From the NCBI RefSeq assembly GCF_009914755.1, contig NC_060942.1: a stretch of 64,000 bases of DNA; one strand, 5' to 3'. The notes beneath the pieces are model-generated. The model worked only from the letters and a program-made list of their open reading frames with translations. It was not told the DNA's origin and did not search any database. The position numbers and the translations under genes were made by a program. Below are positions 12,568 to 26,476 of this stretch, one piece after another (the stretch's first letter is position 1; each line of letters starts with the position of its first letter). Source of the DNA: the human T2T-CHM13v2.0 reference genome, Homo sapiens.

Positions 12568-15500
12568 AGAATACAATTTACTATCTCCTGAATTTATAAC
12601 TTTTATTATTCTTGTCCAGAATTTATTTTCTTTCTACCTATTCAAAATCTAACTTTTGATTTTTAATTCCCCTTTTCTCTTTCATATCTGCTAAGTGATG
12701 CTTGCTTCATCTGTCTTCTCAAATTCACTTAAAACTACTGAGAGACTTGGGATTAATTTTATATCTGAAAAAGATAGCTTTCTAAACTACTTGCTACTAA
12801 ACTATGCACTAAACTGCTACAGCTTCTTTGGAAGTAAAATGTTGTTACTGGATAGTATTTCTCTCTGTAGAAAAAGGAATGTAGTAAAAATGTTCTATAC
12901 ATTTTAACCTTCTACTGGAAGAATGTTCATTTAAAACTCAACTCTAAAACAGACAGGGATGGAATCATGCTTCCAATAACAGGAAGGAAAAGAAAAGGAA
13001 GGAGAGAGAAAGAGAGAAATTGAAAGAGTACACATATGCAGAAGTCAAGCACAGGCTGTGTTAAATGACACCTTGATTGACTCTGATCAAGAATTATACA
13101 GCATGGTAGGCTCCTATATTATTAATGACTTCCCGTGACTTTCAGGAAGTAAAGAATAAACAGGAGGAAAACACTTCCTCTTCTGGTATGGCTGTAAGAG
13201 GAAAGGGGTAATGGTAAAAGTCTTCAATGTGTGAACTCATGGAGGAATTCAGGGATTAACAAAATGTTTATTTTACAACCATTTTGACATGGGTTTATTA
13301 TTTATTCATTTATTGGATATTATTTTTGTGCCTTTCTGGAAAACATGGGCATGTTTTACTTTAAGTTTGGGTTCTCATTATCTAGCATATTCCTTGGCAA
13401 AAAATATATGTCTATCACATGTTTCTTTGATGAGTAAGGGGATGAGAAGGTAATAGGATTATAGGCTGTCTTGGTCCTAGCTCAGGTTGCACTGGAGGAA
13501 GTAGGTTTTAACCCAGATCTAAAAGCATAGTGTAGAAATTAGGTGGGAGACCATGAAGTGAGAAGTGAATCTAGGCAATGTAAGTATACAAAGAGATGAA
13601 AACACTGAAACCTCATGGATACAGCACTTCAATATTTTTAAAGTTGATCTTTTCTAATTCTAGAAACCAATTTATATAATTCATTATTTGAAGAAAATAT
13701 TAGACCTGAGTTTTCTGGTTTAGTCATATCCTTTATAAACTAACTGAATAATTATGATCTTTTATCTCATGCTGTGAAAATGCCAACCTTTCAATTCCTC
13801 AAGGCATCCCAGTACAGATGGTCTCTCATTGCAGAGCCAACAACCATCACTTTATTTTACCAATATCTAAGAGACAGACTGATTACATTTACATCAATCA
13901 TCCTGAATAATAGAGACAAAAATCACTGTATTATTGCAAAATACATGTCTTTCACTTTCTAGAGAACTGTCTGTGATTTGCAACATTTATTTGTGAAATG
14001 TAGGAAAAAAGTCACGTGACAACATTCTATTTGGTTAAGTCAGAGGGGAAGAATGTATAATTTTCGAGAGGACAAGCAATAAAGGTGATTCATGACTTCA
14101 GAAATCTTCAGTCTTCTCTTGAAGACAAGACAGTGTTCCAACAGAATCCAGCAGAATTATTCAATTGTCTGGCACTATGGCAGTTCTCCATATACCAAAT
14201 GGCTTAAATGTGTTGATTGAGGGTTCAAGAAAGCAAGACATTTACTCAAGCATCGTCTTCTCTCTGGGTGTTTTAACAAACTTTGGTACCTATACAGCCT
14301 TATGCTTTCAACTGAGATCATAGCTACGGGCTGATATAATATAATTTTGCTGTCTTTACAATTATGTCTTTCTAATTGGCAAGACTGAAATTGGCTATTC
14401 TGTTAGAAAATTGAAAAATAAACTTACAGAAAAGAGGAAAATGATTTATTAACTTGTGTCTTTCTCAACAGCCATAAGGGTTATGCAAGTTCACAACTAC
14501 TGGTTCTAGTTTTTAAGGCCACTTAGTAAACAACAAGAAATTGCATTAGTGAATATTTTATTGGCTCCTACCTTCTAGCATACATAGGCAATGGCTATAT
14601 ATGAGACAATGTTTTTAAAAATGTTACAGCTGTTGGATGTTTTACTTTTTTGATTTAAAATATCTTACTCAAATATATAATTATACTAATTAGCAGGCTG
14701 AGTTGAGTGTCCTCTTAAGGCATGGGCAATATTTTCCCACGTTGTTTCCTAAATAGCACCAAATACTGACCAGATATTTTGTTGACACTCAGTAAATCAT
14801 TTAGGGTTGATTGAGAGACAGTGGTCTCTGTGTTTTGTCCAACATTTATGTCACTTTTCCAAATACATAATTTATTTATCAAATTACTCAAACAATAATC
14901 ATGCTGTATTTTGCTTTTGCCTTTTCTTTCTTTCTTTTTTTTCATGTAGTCCACCCATTTAATTGTTTTGGAGTTATAGGCCAATGGAAAAAAAAACAAT
15001 TCTCCATCTTATTAAAATTAAGAACTCTTTGGGCAGTAAGTTAAAAACAGCTGAACAAAAACCCTTCGAACTTGGCAGGTGGCTAGGACTCCTGAGGAAT
15101 CATGTCACAGCTATGTCTCCAAAAAATATTTGAAATTAAGGTTTAGAGATTTCAAAGGTCTCTTCTGAGTCCAAACTTTTGGCAGATGTCAAAATTTTAG
15201 GAAATCATTTTGGAAGAGAGGAAACTAGCCCAAACTTTTTTTTGTCCCCCCTTCCACAGACAGATTGAAGCAAGGACTAAATCATCAATGGAGTTTGAAA
15301 GAGAGGAATCCTACCATAATAACATAGAAAGATCTTCATTTCTGTGGCCTGATAATTGAGGTGTAAGAGGTGACCTGGTGCAATTGGAATCATGTTGGCA
15401 AGAATTCTAGTCTTAACTATTTGAATCACTATTTGTATACCTTTAGCAAACTCCCTTATCTTCTTTGGGCTTCAGTTTCTCCATGTGTCTGATATAGATC

Positions 15501-15912
15501 ACAGCAATAAAAATTGGGTTTTACCTGGAATATTTTTGACGATACTTACAAAAGATAAAGGAAGTTAAAATTATTTTGCGTATCCCCCATCACCCCCAGG
15601 CTACCATACATAATTAAAGGATTGTTTCAAATTGCTTACTTGGTTTTGTTTGTAGAGACATGTCTTAAGTGAGAAAAGAGGCTGAGCTCACATCAGTTCC
15701 CAAATCCAGCAGTTGTGATTATGTTTATTTAGTGCTGTGAAAGTCAGCACTGCAGTTCGAAGACTGATGTTATCAAGATGGTGAAATTAGCCATGTAGTG
15801 AATCTGATTTGGGTAATCAAATGACCAAAATATCTGACCCAAACTAGATTCTAATCATTTCCATTCTCAACTTTGTTAGTAATTTGGGTTTTCATTAAAA
15901 TTATTCAGTCCG

Positions 15913-16231
<319 letters not shown>

Positions 16232-16369
16232 TTATTCAATCCAAACCACGTTGGTTTGAAGGGAAGAATGGAAAAGAAATGAAGCAACAGACAAGAAATA
16301 TAACAACTACGATAAAACATTTAAAAGGAGAGGCAGAATTAAGTTCTTAAGAGAAAAATACAATGTTCA

Positions 16370-16630
16370 ACATCAACATATTTGCTACACATAAATTGAG
16401 CAAGGTATTGCAGAGCATAATGTGGTACAGAAAGAATTATGAAGTATAGTACTTGCACTTTAGAAGCCTATAACACCGAGGTCATGGACTTCTGCAAGCA
16501 CTTAATAATCACAAATGGAATATTTGTTATGTCTCAAGTGAATGGTATAGATGGATGGTAAAGGAGTTCAGAGAAGGGAAATAATCATTAAGAGCCGGGA
16601 AGTCAGAGAAGGTCTCAGAGCAGAGCCTGG
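16370..16630 (-). mobile_element. L2 3' fragment
   Basis: Degenerate antisense L2 (ggagttcagagaagggaaataatc...gtcagagaagg). Confidence 0.5.
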
Positions 16631-16786
16631 CTGTGAGCAAACAAGTATAAAATCACCCAGCAAAGATAATGAAGTTTACATTATTTCCTATGTATACTTC
16701 ATACCGAAAGATACTGGCACCAAAAGAGGGAGTTGTCTGGGAAGTGGGGGTAAGTTGAAAAAATGATTTAAGGTTAGAGTTACTCT

Positions 16787-17075
16787 CCGGGTGCAGTGGC
16801 TCACACCTGTAGTCCTAACACTTTGGGAGGCTGACGCTGGTGAATTGCTTGAGCTCAGGAGTTTGAGACCAGCCTGGACAACATGGCGAAACCCCATCTT
16901 AACAAAAAATACAAAAAAATTAGCTGCTTGCACTTGTATTCCCAGCTACTTGGGAGGCTGAGATGGGAGGATCGCTTCAACCTAGTAGGTGGAAGTTGCA
17001 GTGAGTTGCGAGCGTGTCATTGCACTCCATCCTGGGCAACAGAGCAAGACCTTGTCTCGGAAAAAAATAAAAAAA
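16787..17075 (+). mobile_element. AluJ-type Alu
   Basis: ttgcttgagctcaggagtttgagaccagcctggacaac and gggaggatcgctt; high divergence. Confidence 0.93.
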
Positions 17076-17925
17076 TATATAAACAATGTGAGTAACTTAC
17101 GCAATTGGTCTGAGATCACGAAAATGAGGAATAGCTACACTTACTTGCAATGTTGGCGTCAGTACCCAAATTAACTAACCTTAAATGCAAGACTTAGCAG
17201 CAGGTATTATCCATGTTGAACCACAGAGTTGTGGTTATAGGATGATCTATCCAGGTTGAAAAAGAATTCTCGCCAGCAGTTTGAAGAAGTGAAAAACAAG
17301 ATTAGGCACAGAGGCAGAGGGTGGTGGGGCCACAGGGCGGGGAAGGATTCCAATCCATGAGACTGCAGAAGGGGAAGTGAGCAGCCTCTACCCATACAGA
17401 CTAGGGTCTCATGGATGCCACTGGAGAGCATTCCAGTCTCACTGGATATTGGTAGTTCACTAACTTGTGTCAGTCATGATTGTGACCTCTGATATATTGC
17501 TATATTTGGTTTTCATTTATACAAAAGCTGCGTCTCTCCTTGATCCCAGTGTTTTGTTGGTCTTTTGTGCATCCAGGAAAGTAAGGCTTGAGGAAAAGAA
17601 GAGCTGAATTTACAAGTGTTGTCCACTTGCAGTTATAGCTGCTTAATTAGGAATTGTCACTGAAATCCTCAGCCAGCATTAACCATCAGGTAGGAGATGC
17701 AGAGGGGCTATTTGAAAGTTTTCTCCTTCACTGCTGGAAGTGACTCTCTGGTTCCTAGTCAAAATAGACCTAAGGTTAGTTCAAAGCAGCAGTTAGTATA
17801 AACCTCTAAATTTGATCCTCAAAATCATATTGATTCTGCAGAATAGATGCAGATGTTAATTCTAGAGATCAATCCCACTGTAGACCCAATACTATTAGCA
17901 CCTTATAGAAGATTGTCCGAATTAA

Positions 17926-17989
17926 ACACACACACCATATACATATACACACACATACACACACATATATATGTATATACATATACATA
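17926..17989. repeat. Compound (CA)/(TA) microsatellite
   Basis: Seen directly. Confidence 0.85.
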
Positions 17990-18404
17990 AAAAATGAGTC
18001 ATAGCATCTCTTATATTGGGCAAATGGGCAAAATGACATTTCTAAGCCATCCTCAAAGTAATTAACTTTGTTATTTTCCAAGCCTTTTCCACTCAGCCTA
18101 TCTATGAAGATCTTTGCTGCAAACATTTTTTACTAGATGCATGCTAGACAACTGATAGGATACAATAGAAGAGCAATTCTTAGCCCACAGAGCTCAAGAG
18201 CGTCTTAATCAGTGGATAGTACACTGGCAGTGCTACAGACTGAGATTCCTTTAAAATAGCTGTGCCACAACCTAGACCAGCTGCTGAGTGACAAGGTAGC
18301 ATGCATACTCCAGAAAGAGAACAAAAGCCAGTTATTCTTGCTATCCAACAAAGTGTGCTTTTACAGTGATTAATCCTTTTTGTTAGTACAAAACTTACAA
18401 TACC

Positions 18405-18590
18405 ATTTATCTTATATCCCATTTATTCTTCACCACCCATGAGATTTTATGGACATATATAACATTATATCTTTATTTTACAGGTGAGAAAACTATGGTC
18501 AGGAGATTAAGAGGTATGCTTTACATTTCACTTTGTAAATCTAAGAATAGAAAATACAACCCACATCCCTTACCTCCTAGATATACTGTC
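18405..18590 (-). mobile_element. MIR fragment
   Basis: tattttacaggtgagaaaactatggtcaggagattaag. Confidence 0.65.
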
Positions 18591-19384
18591 TTCCTATTGA
18601 AAGACACTGCTTGCCACGTTGTCTCAATGATGTTGGGATCTAAATTCATTCCTTAGTTACTATGTCAGTTTTTGACCTTTTCTTATCTACCAAATCAATA
18701 GCACATAGGAACACATTTTTAAATATTATAATCCTTACATGACAAACCCCTTTTTATAACCCAAAACATTCAACTATTTACCTAAATGTGGTTCATCAGG
18801 CTGAATATGGCTTAGAATTCATAGCTTTGTGATCTGTTCTTTCACTCATAAAACATTCTCAGTCTTTTGGACTTAAATATTAATCAACACAGGAAACTCT
18901 CCAACAGCAATGCTATGAGCTAGTATATTGGGTTCTAGGTAGGAATGAATAGTGGATGGAAATTTCAATGAGACTTGATTCCTTTACTCGAGGAACTTGC
19001 AACCAAGTTAGACTGATATTCATGAACCAACTACGAAACATTTTACAATAAATGTAAAAATGTAAATATAAATAGATAATCTAAGCACTGATAAAATATG
19101 AAGTATCAGAATAGTCAAAATGGTATGAGATGAATTAGTACAGGTAATTTCTAAAAACAAATATTTGAGCTGTATTTCAAAGGGCGTTCAAGATTTCGAT
19201 TTAGAGTATTACATGTATATGCATTTCACACCAATGGAAGAAAAGAAGAAACCATGATTAGCAAATTCTGTGCCCAAATCAATAGAAACTATTTAATAAT
19301 TATCACCCTAACAGCAAACCAAACAACTCAACTTATACTGAATGACTTTAGTGATTCTTTATATTATTATATAAAATCTTTAAA

Positions 19385-19550
19385 GTTTACGGAGTAGAAT
19401 CACATAGGCCTAAGTTCGAATCATGGCTATTCTAACATTTAATGTGTTAAGTAGCTAAAACTATTTGACCTCCTTTATAGTATGTGAATAATTTTACCTA
19501 CCTATCAAAATAATTTGGTGATAGAAAGATAAAATTGTCTAAGGTATAAG
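19385..19550 (+). mobile_element. MIR fragment
   Basis: taggcctaagttcgaatcatggct...aataattttacctacct. Confidence 0.55.
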
Positions 19551-19659
19551 TAAATATTTAAGTATAAAAAAATGTGAGCTTGCTGTCTATAGACACAACC
19601 ATGTGTAAATCTGTGTGCCTGTGTCTTTATATGCATGTGTGTGCACACAAAGACATTAA
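19510..19659 (+). repeat. Copy 1 of a 150-bp dispersed direct duplication
   Basis: Ungapped alignment to 22773-22922 with about 16 mismatches counted by eye. Confidence 0.95.
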
Positions 19660-20387
19660 ATCACATAAATATTTATTACTGGACTGTAGTGTATGTGAAA
19701 TACTGAGCATAGGGCCTGTCATTATGGCTCTATGCTATCATCTGAATATATGTAATACTATTGTCTGTTGGAAATAGGGATAAGACTTTTTGTTCCTTTT
19801 ATATAAAGTGCTTACAATGCCAGACTGAAATTTAATTGAATTTTGCAAACTTCCAACTTTTTGAACATGTGCCATCATTAGATAATACTAGACACATGGT
19901 ATATTAACTAATGTTCTAATTTGCCTCATGGCAAGTGCCTTCTCTGAGCTCAAAGTCTATATTTTTATTTTAAAATATTTTATATCACGTGACATATACC
20001 CTAGTTGCTCTCATTTTCCACTGACTTATTTCCCGTGAGTTTTCTTCTTAACAAAATTAAAATGTCTATGTCATTTAACTAAGCGCTTTGTAGGGCAAAC
20101 GACTTGTTTATGTATGCCCTGCTTACAGACATATAGAAGACTTTATAAAAGTGACATTTCTATAAGATTGAATGGATTAATGACTATAACATAAAAGTGA
20201 GGGTGCTTGGTCTTGGTTCAAAAGAAGATCTTGTGCAGATTTCAGTCACCTCCCTTTTGTCATATCACCACAGACTTCTAGGAGTCTAAGATATCTTGCT
20301 AAAAATTGGTGGAATTTGAAAGTTTTGTGCCATTGAAAGAGAGGTGGAGTACACTGGGTGAATTGGATGGGGCTGTACATGTCTAGG

Positions 20388-20936
20388 TGTATTAGGGTTC
20401 TCAAAAGGGATAGAACTAATAGGATATAAGTATAAATGACAGGGAGAGTTGACTTAAGTTTATTAGGAGAATTGACTCACCTATCACGAGGTGAAGTCCC
20501 ACAGTAGGTCATCCACAAGCTGAGGAACTAGGAAGCCAGCCCCCAAACTTCAAAAGTAGGGAAGCCAACAGTGCAGCCTTCAGTCTGTGGTAGTAGGCCC
20601 GAGAGTCCCTGGCAAATCACTGGTGTAAGTCCAAGAAACCAAAAGCTGGAGAACTTGGAGTCTGAAGTTTGAGGGCAGGAAGCATCCTGCACAGGAGAAA
20701 GATGAAGGCCAGAAGACTCAGCAAGTCTGCTCTTTCCAACTTCTTCTGCCTGCTTTATTCTAGCTGCACTGGCAGCTGATTAGACAGTGCCCACACAGAC
20801 TGAGGGTGAACCTGCCCCTCCCAGTCCACTGACTCAGATGGAAATCTCCTTTGGCAGCACCCTCACAGACACACCCAGGAACAATATTTTGCATTCTTCA
20901 ATCCAATCAAGTTGACACTCAATATTAACCATCACA
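20388..20936 (-). mobile_element. HERV-L solo LTR (MLT2A2/MLT2A-like)
   Basis: Minus strand starts TGTGATGGTTAATATTGAGTGTCAACTTGATTGGATTGAAG; perfect 5-bp TSD CTAGG. Confidence 0.92.
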
Positions 20937-21195
20937 CTAGGGTTACAGACTGCCATCACTTCTCCAGGATAGCCAATTGGACTTGACCAATTCAAATAAG
21001 AAATACAAACCCTGTCTCAAATAGCTTATTAACTTTAGAAGTATATTCATTGATATTTATAAAGATGAGAAATTATTTCAGATGTGAGATTGAGACTCAG
21101 TGCTAAAGGTGATCAGAGATGAGGAGGATTAATTCAGACTCAGTACCAACACAATTGAATTAGACATAAAAAAGTGATTAGAATTCTGAGGCATA

Positions 21196-21759
<564 letters not shown>

Positions 21760-22772
21760 TCAATATATAGATTTTAAGTGTTTACTCTGTGCCAGGCAAT
21801 CTACTCAGGACATTTTGGTAAATAATTTGGGTTCATTTATATACACAAATTACTTGCTTAAAAATAACAAAGAAAGTTTTTGTTTGATTGTGCATTTATT
21901 TTTTAATTAATCCATGTTTAGTTGAGAAGCTAAGTAGAGGTTTCCTCATAATACAAAATTGAGCAGAATAATTTGGGGCACTCATAAAAGGCAGTAGGTG
22001 GCCATCCATGTCTGTTCATTCCCTGCTTCAAAGCCTGAATAAACAGCAGAGTCATAGTCTACAGGTCTTTCCTGTTCTTCATGTGACATATTTCTCCTTT
22101 GCTATAAAGGTTAAAAGGGCTGTATCAAGGCAAGATTCTCTGAAACATTTTAAAAGGCATTTGGTGTCTACTGAGAACTTGTCAAAAAATTGAAAAAGAA
22201 ATCATATCTAAGTATCAGAGCTCTGGAAAACCCATGCACTACCATATCTACACTGAAACTACCTCTAGAAACTGCCATTGTAACTCCACACTTGATGGCA
22301 GTATTCTGCAGCAAATCTGGGGGAAATGCTCAGACAACCGCTCAGCCTGGATTCAGATTTATTGGGAAGCCTGGATCCATTTGTGCACATTATTCTTATT
22401 GAGAGTCGTCAATGCTTTATCAAACTCTAGGCATGTCTTTTAAATGACCATGAAAGTAAAAAGACAGTGAAAAGTGGGAGCCAAGCCTTAATGCAGTTGT
22501 AATAATTTTCATCCCTAAATCTGAGATCCCAAATTATCAAACCACAGAAAGAACACAGTTAGCATGCAGGATACAAAGAAATGATGGTGATGGCAGAATC
22601 TCCCTTTGGCTCTTGGGTCACTGTTCTTGTTTATGTTCCTTAGCTAAACTGGCAGAAGGAGGGCAAGGAATGAGAGATTACGGATTACTTTGGATTATCT
22701 TTCCATCTTTGTAAATATGTCATTGTAGAAATACAAATCTTTTAGGATACCAGGGTTTGCAAGGAGAAAAAT

Positions 22773-22922
22773 ATAATTTGATGATAGAAAGATAAAATTG
22801 TATAAGGTATATTCAAATATTTAAGTATAAATAAATGTGAGCTTGCTGTCTATAGACATAGCCATGTGTAAATCTGTGTGTCTGTGTCTGTGTATGCATG
22901 TGTACATGCACAAAGACATTAA
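22773..22922 (+). repeat. Copy 2 of the 150-bp dispersed duplication
   Basis: Matches 19510-19659 at an offset of 3263 bp. Confidence 0.95.
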
Positions 22923-23544
22923 TTTAACTCACCCGGATATTTATTTCTGGATATAATTGCTGGAACTATATCACACAAGCTTCTAAATTTCTATCCCAAA
23001 TGCTGTTCAGGAATTTAGATAATTAAATATATGTAGTATATTCTGCATCAGAGAAGCAGAATCAATGGCACACTTTCTAGTTTAAAACTTGTACCTATTC
23101 ATAGTTTTGGCATTTGTTAGTTTCAGAAGAAATTGTCGCTTATCAAATTGATTCAGTGTTTCACTCGGATGTATAAAGTCTTTAAATTTGGCTGCTATTA
23201 TTAGACAAACCATAGTCTCAGCTAGGCACTGTTTCTGAGGTACAAAAAAGACTACAAAGAAGTCCATGCAAGACAAAGTAACATGCTGACTTCCCAAAGA
23301 AGTTGTATGTATCAAATTAACTTGATACATATAACTCTCAGTCTTTTTAGGAACTATAGTCATGTAGCAATAATGGGATTGGCCCCTTTACACCAGCCAT
23401 CTTTGATTTCTTCTGGAGATGCTCTCAATCGTCAGCTAATCATCTGGTTCTTGTAGTCCACTGTTCTCACAGGAAACCAGATGAAAGCATATGGAGCAAA
23501 AGGATAACTACTCCTGAGCCTAGAATTTAAAAAATAGTAACACT

Positions 23545-23840
23545 GATGGCTAACATCTGGGTAAGAACTTGTATGTTCCAAAGCATATTTACTAGTCTCT
23601 GTCTCTCTCTCTTTTTCTTGCAATAGCTTTGTAGAAAAAAAAAATAGCTGTCTTTATTATAATTGTTGATGGGTAAATGAAAATATAAGGAACTAATTAC
23701 TTTGCCTTGTTGATGGGAAATGAAAATATAAATAAATAATTAATTTGCTTAAACAAAGATTGAGAAACTAGTAAAAGCGAAGGTCAGAATTTTAATGTCA
23801 GTGTCCTGATATTTTGAGCAGTATTCTTTAAACATCACAG
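23545..23840 (-). mobile_element. MIR containing a ~44-bp tandem duplication (23663-23749)
   Basis: ttgttgatggg(t)aaatgaaaatataa occurs twice head-to-tail within antisense MIR-like sequence. Confidence 0.6.
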
Positions 23841-23950
23841 TCATGATCTGGCCGAATGCGTAGAAATTCAACATATCCACCAAACGCAGAAACACATCAT
23901 AAAATGTATGAATCTATATCTACAAAAAAAGTGTCCCCTTATAATGGCAG

Positions 23951-24505
23951 TGTATGGGCCAAGGGAAAGATTCCCTCTGCCCTCTGAAGAGTCCCTGAAA
24001 ATGAACTGACAATAGACAAATTAATTAGAGAAGAGGCATACAGATTTATTTAATCTGCACAGCATGGGGGAATTACAAGATTACCTATTAACTCAATGGA
24101 CTACAGATGCATATATACCCTTATTCATGGTGGAGGAGATGGAAAATTTAGACAATCCTTTTGAGGGGGTGGTAGATGATTATGAGGGAGAATGAATGAA
24201 CTTGGAGATCAAAATTATATGGTTATGGAATTTAAATGATCCCAAGAGGCAGACATTATCTTGTGAAAAACTTCATCCAGATGTGGTTTCATTCTTTAGT
24301 CTTCTTTTCCATGATAGATAATGAAATATCAGGAAGGAGAGGGAAGGTAATTTTGTTCTCTTTGGTGGGTCCAGTCTTAAGGTAGATAAGGGAATAGCAG
24401 AGAAGAGCCTTTTCCAAAATCTGCTGACTTTCAAGAGCCTGTAATTTAAAATAATTAGCATACCAGGGTGCCATATTTTGGGATAAAATTCTCTGGAATT
24501 CTTCA
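23951..24505 (-). mobile_element. ERV1 solo LTR (MER34/MER39 group)
   Basis: TG...CA ends and 4-bp TSD GCAG; minus-strand start tgaagaattccagagaattttatcccaaaatatggcacc. Confidence 0.8.
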
Positions 24506-25596
24506 GCAGTATCCCTAGGGCTGGTTTGACTTAATTTCACTTACATCTAGCTTGATTTCAGAGCCTAGTGTCTATTAAAAAAATGGATCCACAAGTCATA
24601 AAACTGCCTGCAAAGTTTGTATGGTCCTATTTTAAATACATCAAATCAGACAAAATTAAAGAAAATTTATAGTTCTTATTTATATCTGTGATGTTCCACA
24701 TGACAATATCATTCCAGGATATACTTTTATCTGAAATATCCTATTCAACTGTAGACACGGAGAAGCAGAAGACTTTACTTGTGCACTAAATATAACTAAA
24801 TTACTATCTAGCAGTTTATAGCACTGAATTGTTTCAAGACATTGTTTTCTATTTATTTTATCTAAGTACACTGATGAATTATTATAGTTCTGATTTTCTA
24901 ACTAAGGAATGTGAAATCTAATGATTTACCAAGATCTTAGACCTAATTTGTGGCAGAGCCAGGGCTAGAATCCCTAATCTCATTCTGAGTCCCAGCCTAA
25001 CTCCAAAGTCCTTGAGAGGTTCTCTCACTATACCTACCAAACTAAGGGGTCTTACTGTTACTTTTCCAGTCAGAATAGTCTGACCGAATACTAACATAGG
25101 GACTTCACCATCAGCTGGTGCTGTGAAAGCTAAGCTTTTATTCTGATGGTGGGTGTGGAAGGTAGAATGGTGAGGAAAACCAAGAAATTTTGTTTTAGGA
25201 GTTTCTTTCTCATCCATTCATTATCAAAAGATGAGCAATGTTTATTGGCCATAAACTGTGTGCCACTCTGTGCTTGTCTTATACAATTCAAAGAAAATAA
25301 GACAAGTCATTTGCTTTTATTCTCCATATGTTCCAAAAATCTTCATGGTTTCTGCCTTCATGTTCAGAGCCCTCTGATTCTTTCTACCATAGGTCTTTCT
25401 CAAAATCATACATAAACATACAGAAATTAATTTATAATAAGTTGTTTCAGACATAAATATGGAGATCTTTTGGGACAAAGACTGCTTCCAGAAACTAAAC
25501 ATGGAAGCAATTCAAGGTTTTATCTGTTTCAACAGCAGTCCCACATATACCAAACAAAATCAAAGCAATCAAAAACATTGAAAATTTCCACACAGA

Positions 25597-26062
25597 TCCA
25601 GGCCTGGCTCTAACATTTGCAAGGCCCGGGGCAAAAGTGCAAGTGGAAGACCGTAGCCCACTCACAATGTTTTCCTTTCCCACTAATTCCCATTTTGTCC
25701 TACAGTGCAAGGTGTTTCAGCTGTGTGGATATACCAAGCACCTTCCCCCCCATTGTTAATCCCTCCAGCTTCTAGACAATCTACTCCTGGCTGTTTCACA
25801 TGGGTGGCATGGTTTGTTCCGGGAAGAACATTCTGAGAGTGAAGCCCATATAGTTCCTAGAGGTGGATGCAGGACATTTGGAAAGAGAAGAATGCATGTG
25901 ATACAGAAGAGAGAGTTTTGGGCTTCAGAAAGCACATCTTCTTTGCCCTAAAGTTATCTTACACCACGGGAAGAGTCACAGCCACAGAAGGGCCAGATCT
26001 GAGTCTTTTAAACTATAGCTCCCAGGACATAAGTCCCATTTCCCCAGATCTAAATATGGTAC
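25597..26062. mobile_element. hAT DNA transposon relic (MER115/Zaphod-like)
   Basis: Terminus caggcctggctctaacatttgcaaggcccggggcaaaagtgcaagtgga resembles the recalled consensus. Confidence 0.55.
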
Positions 26063-26319
26063 AATTCAGGCTCGTTCCAGAAAAAAATTAAAATTAGACA
26101 AAACGTATACCCAGATTTTTCAGCCCTGTTTGTTTTTAGCTGTCTTTAAAAAGAGACAAAAAACTGTTCTTCAGGATTTTAGGATCCCGCAGACTGACCC
26201 CTGACAGCCCCCATCCAGGAGTACTCTCCTGAGGAATTTCCTTATATATGGTGCTTAATTTTCCACATTTCTTGGGTTTCATCAGGGTACATATAGATAT
26301 GTTGAAACATATAGAAAAC

Positions 26320-26437
26320 AAACTACTTAAGAAATGCAGAATCTTAGCTCCCATCCCCAGACTTACTGAATCAAAGTATGGGTTTTAGAAAGATTCCCAG
26401 ATAATTTGTATACACATTAATGTTTGAGAGGCACTGA
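26320..26437. mobile_element. MER5A-like fragment
   Basis: agaaatgcagaatcttagctcccatccccagacttactgaatc...tttgagaggcactg. Confidence 0.75.
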
Positions 26438-26476
26438 TCTAATAGGCTTATTTTATGAAAAGATATAAATGACTTA

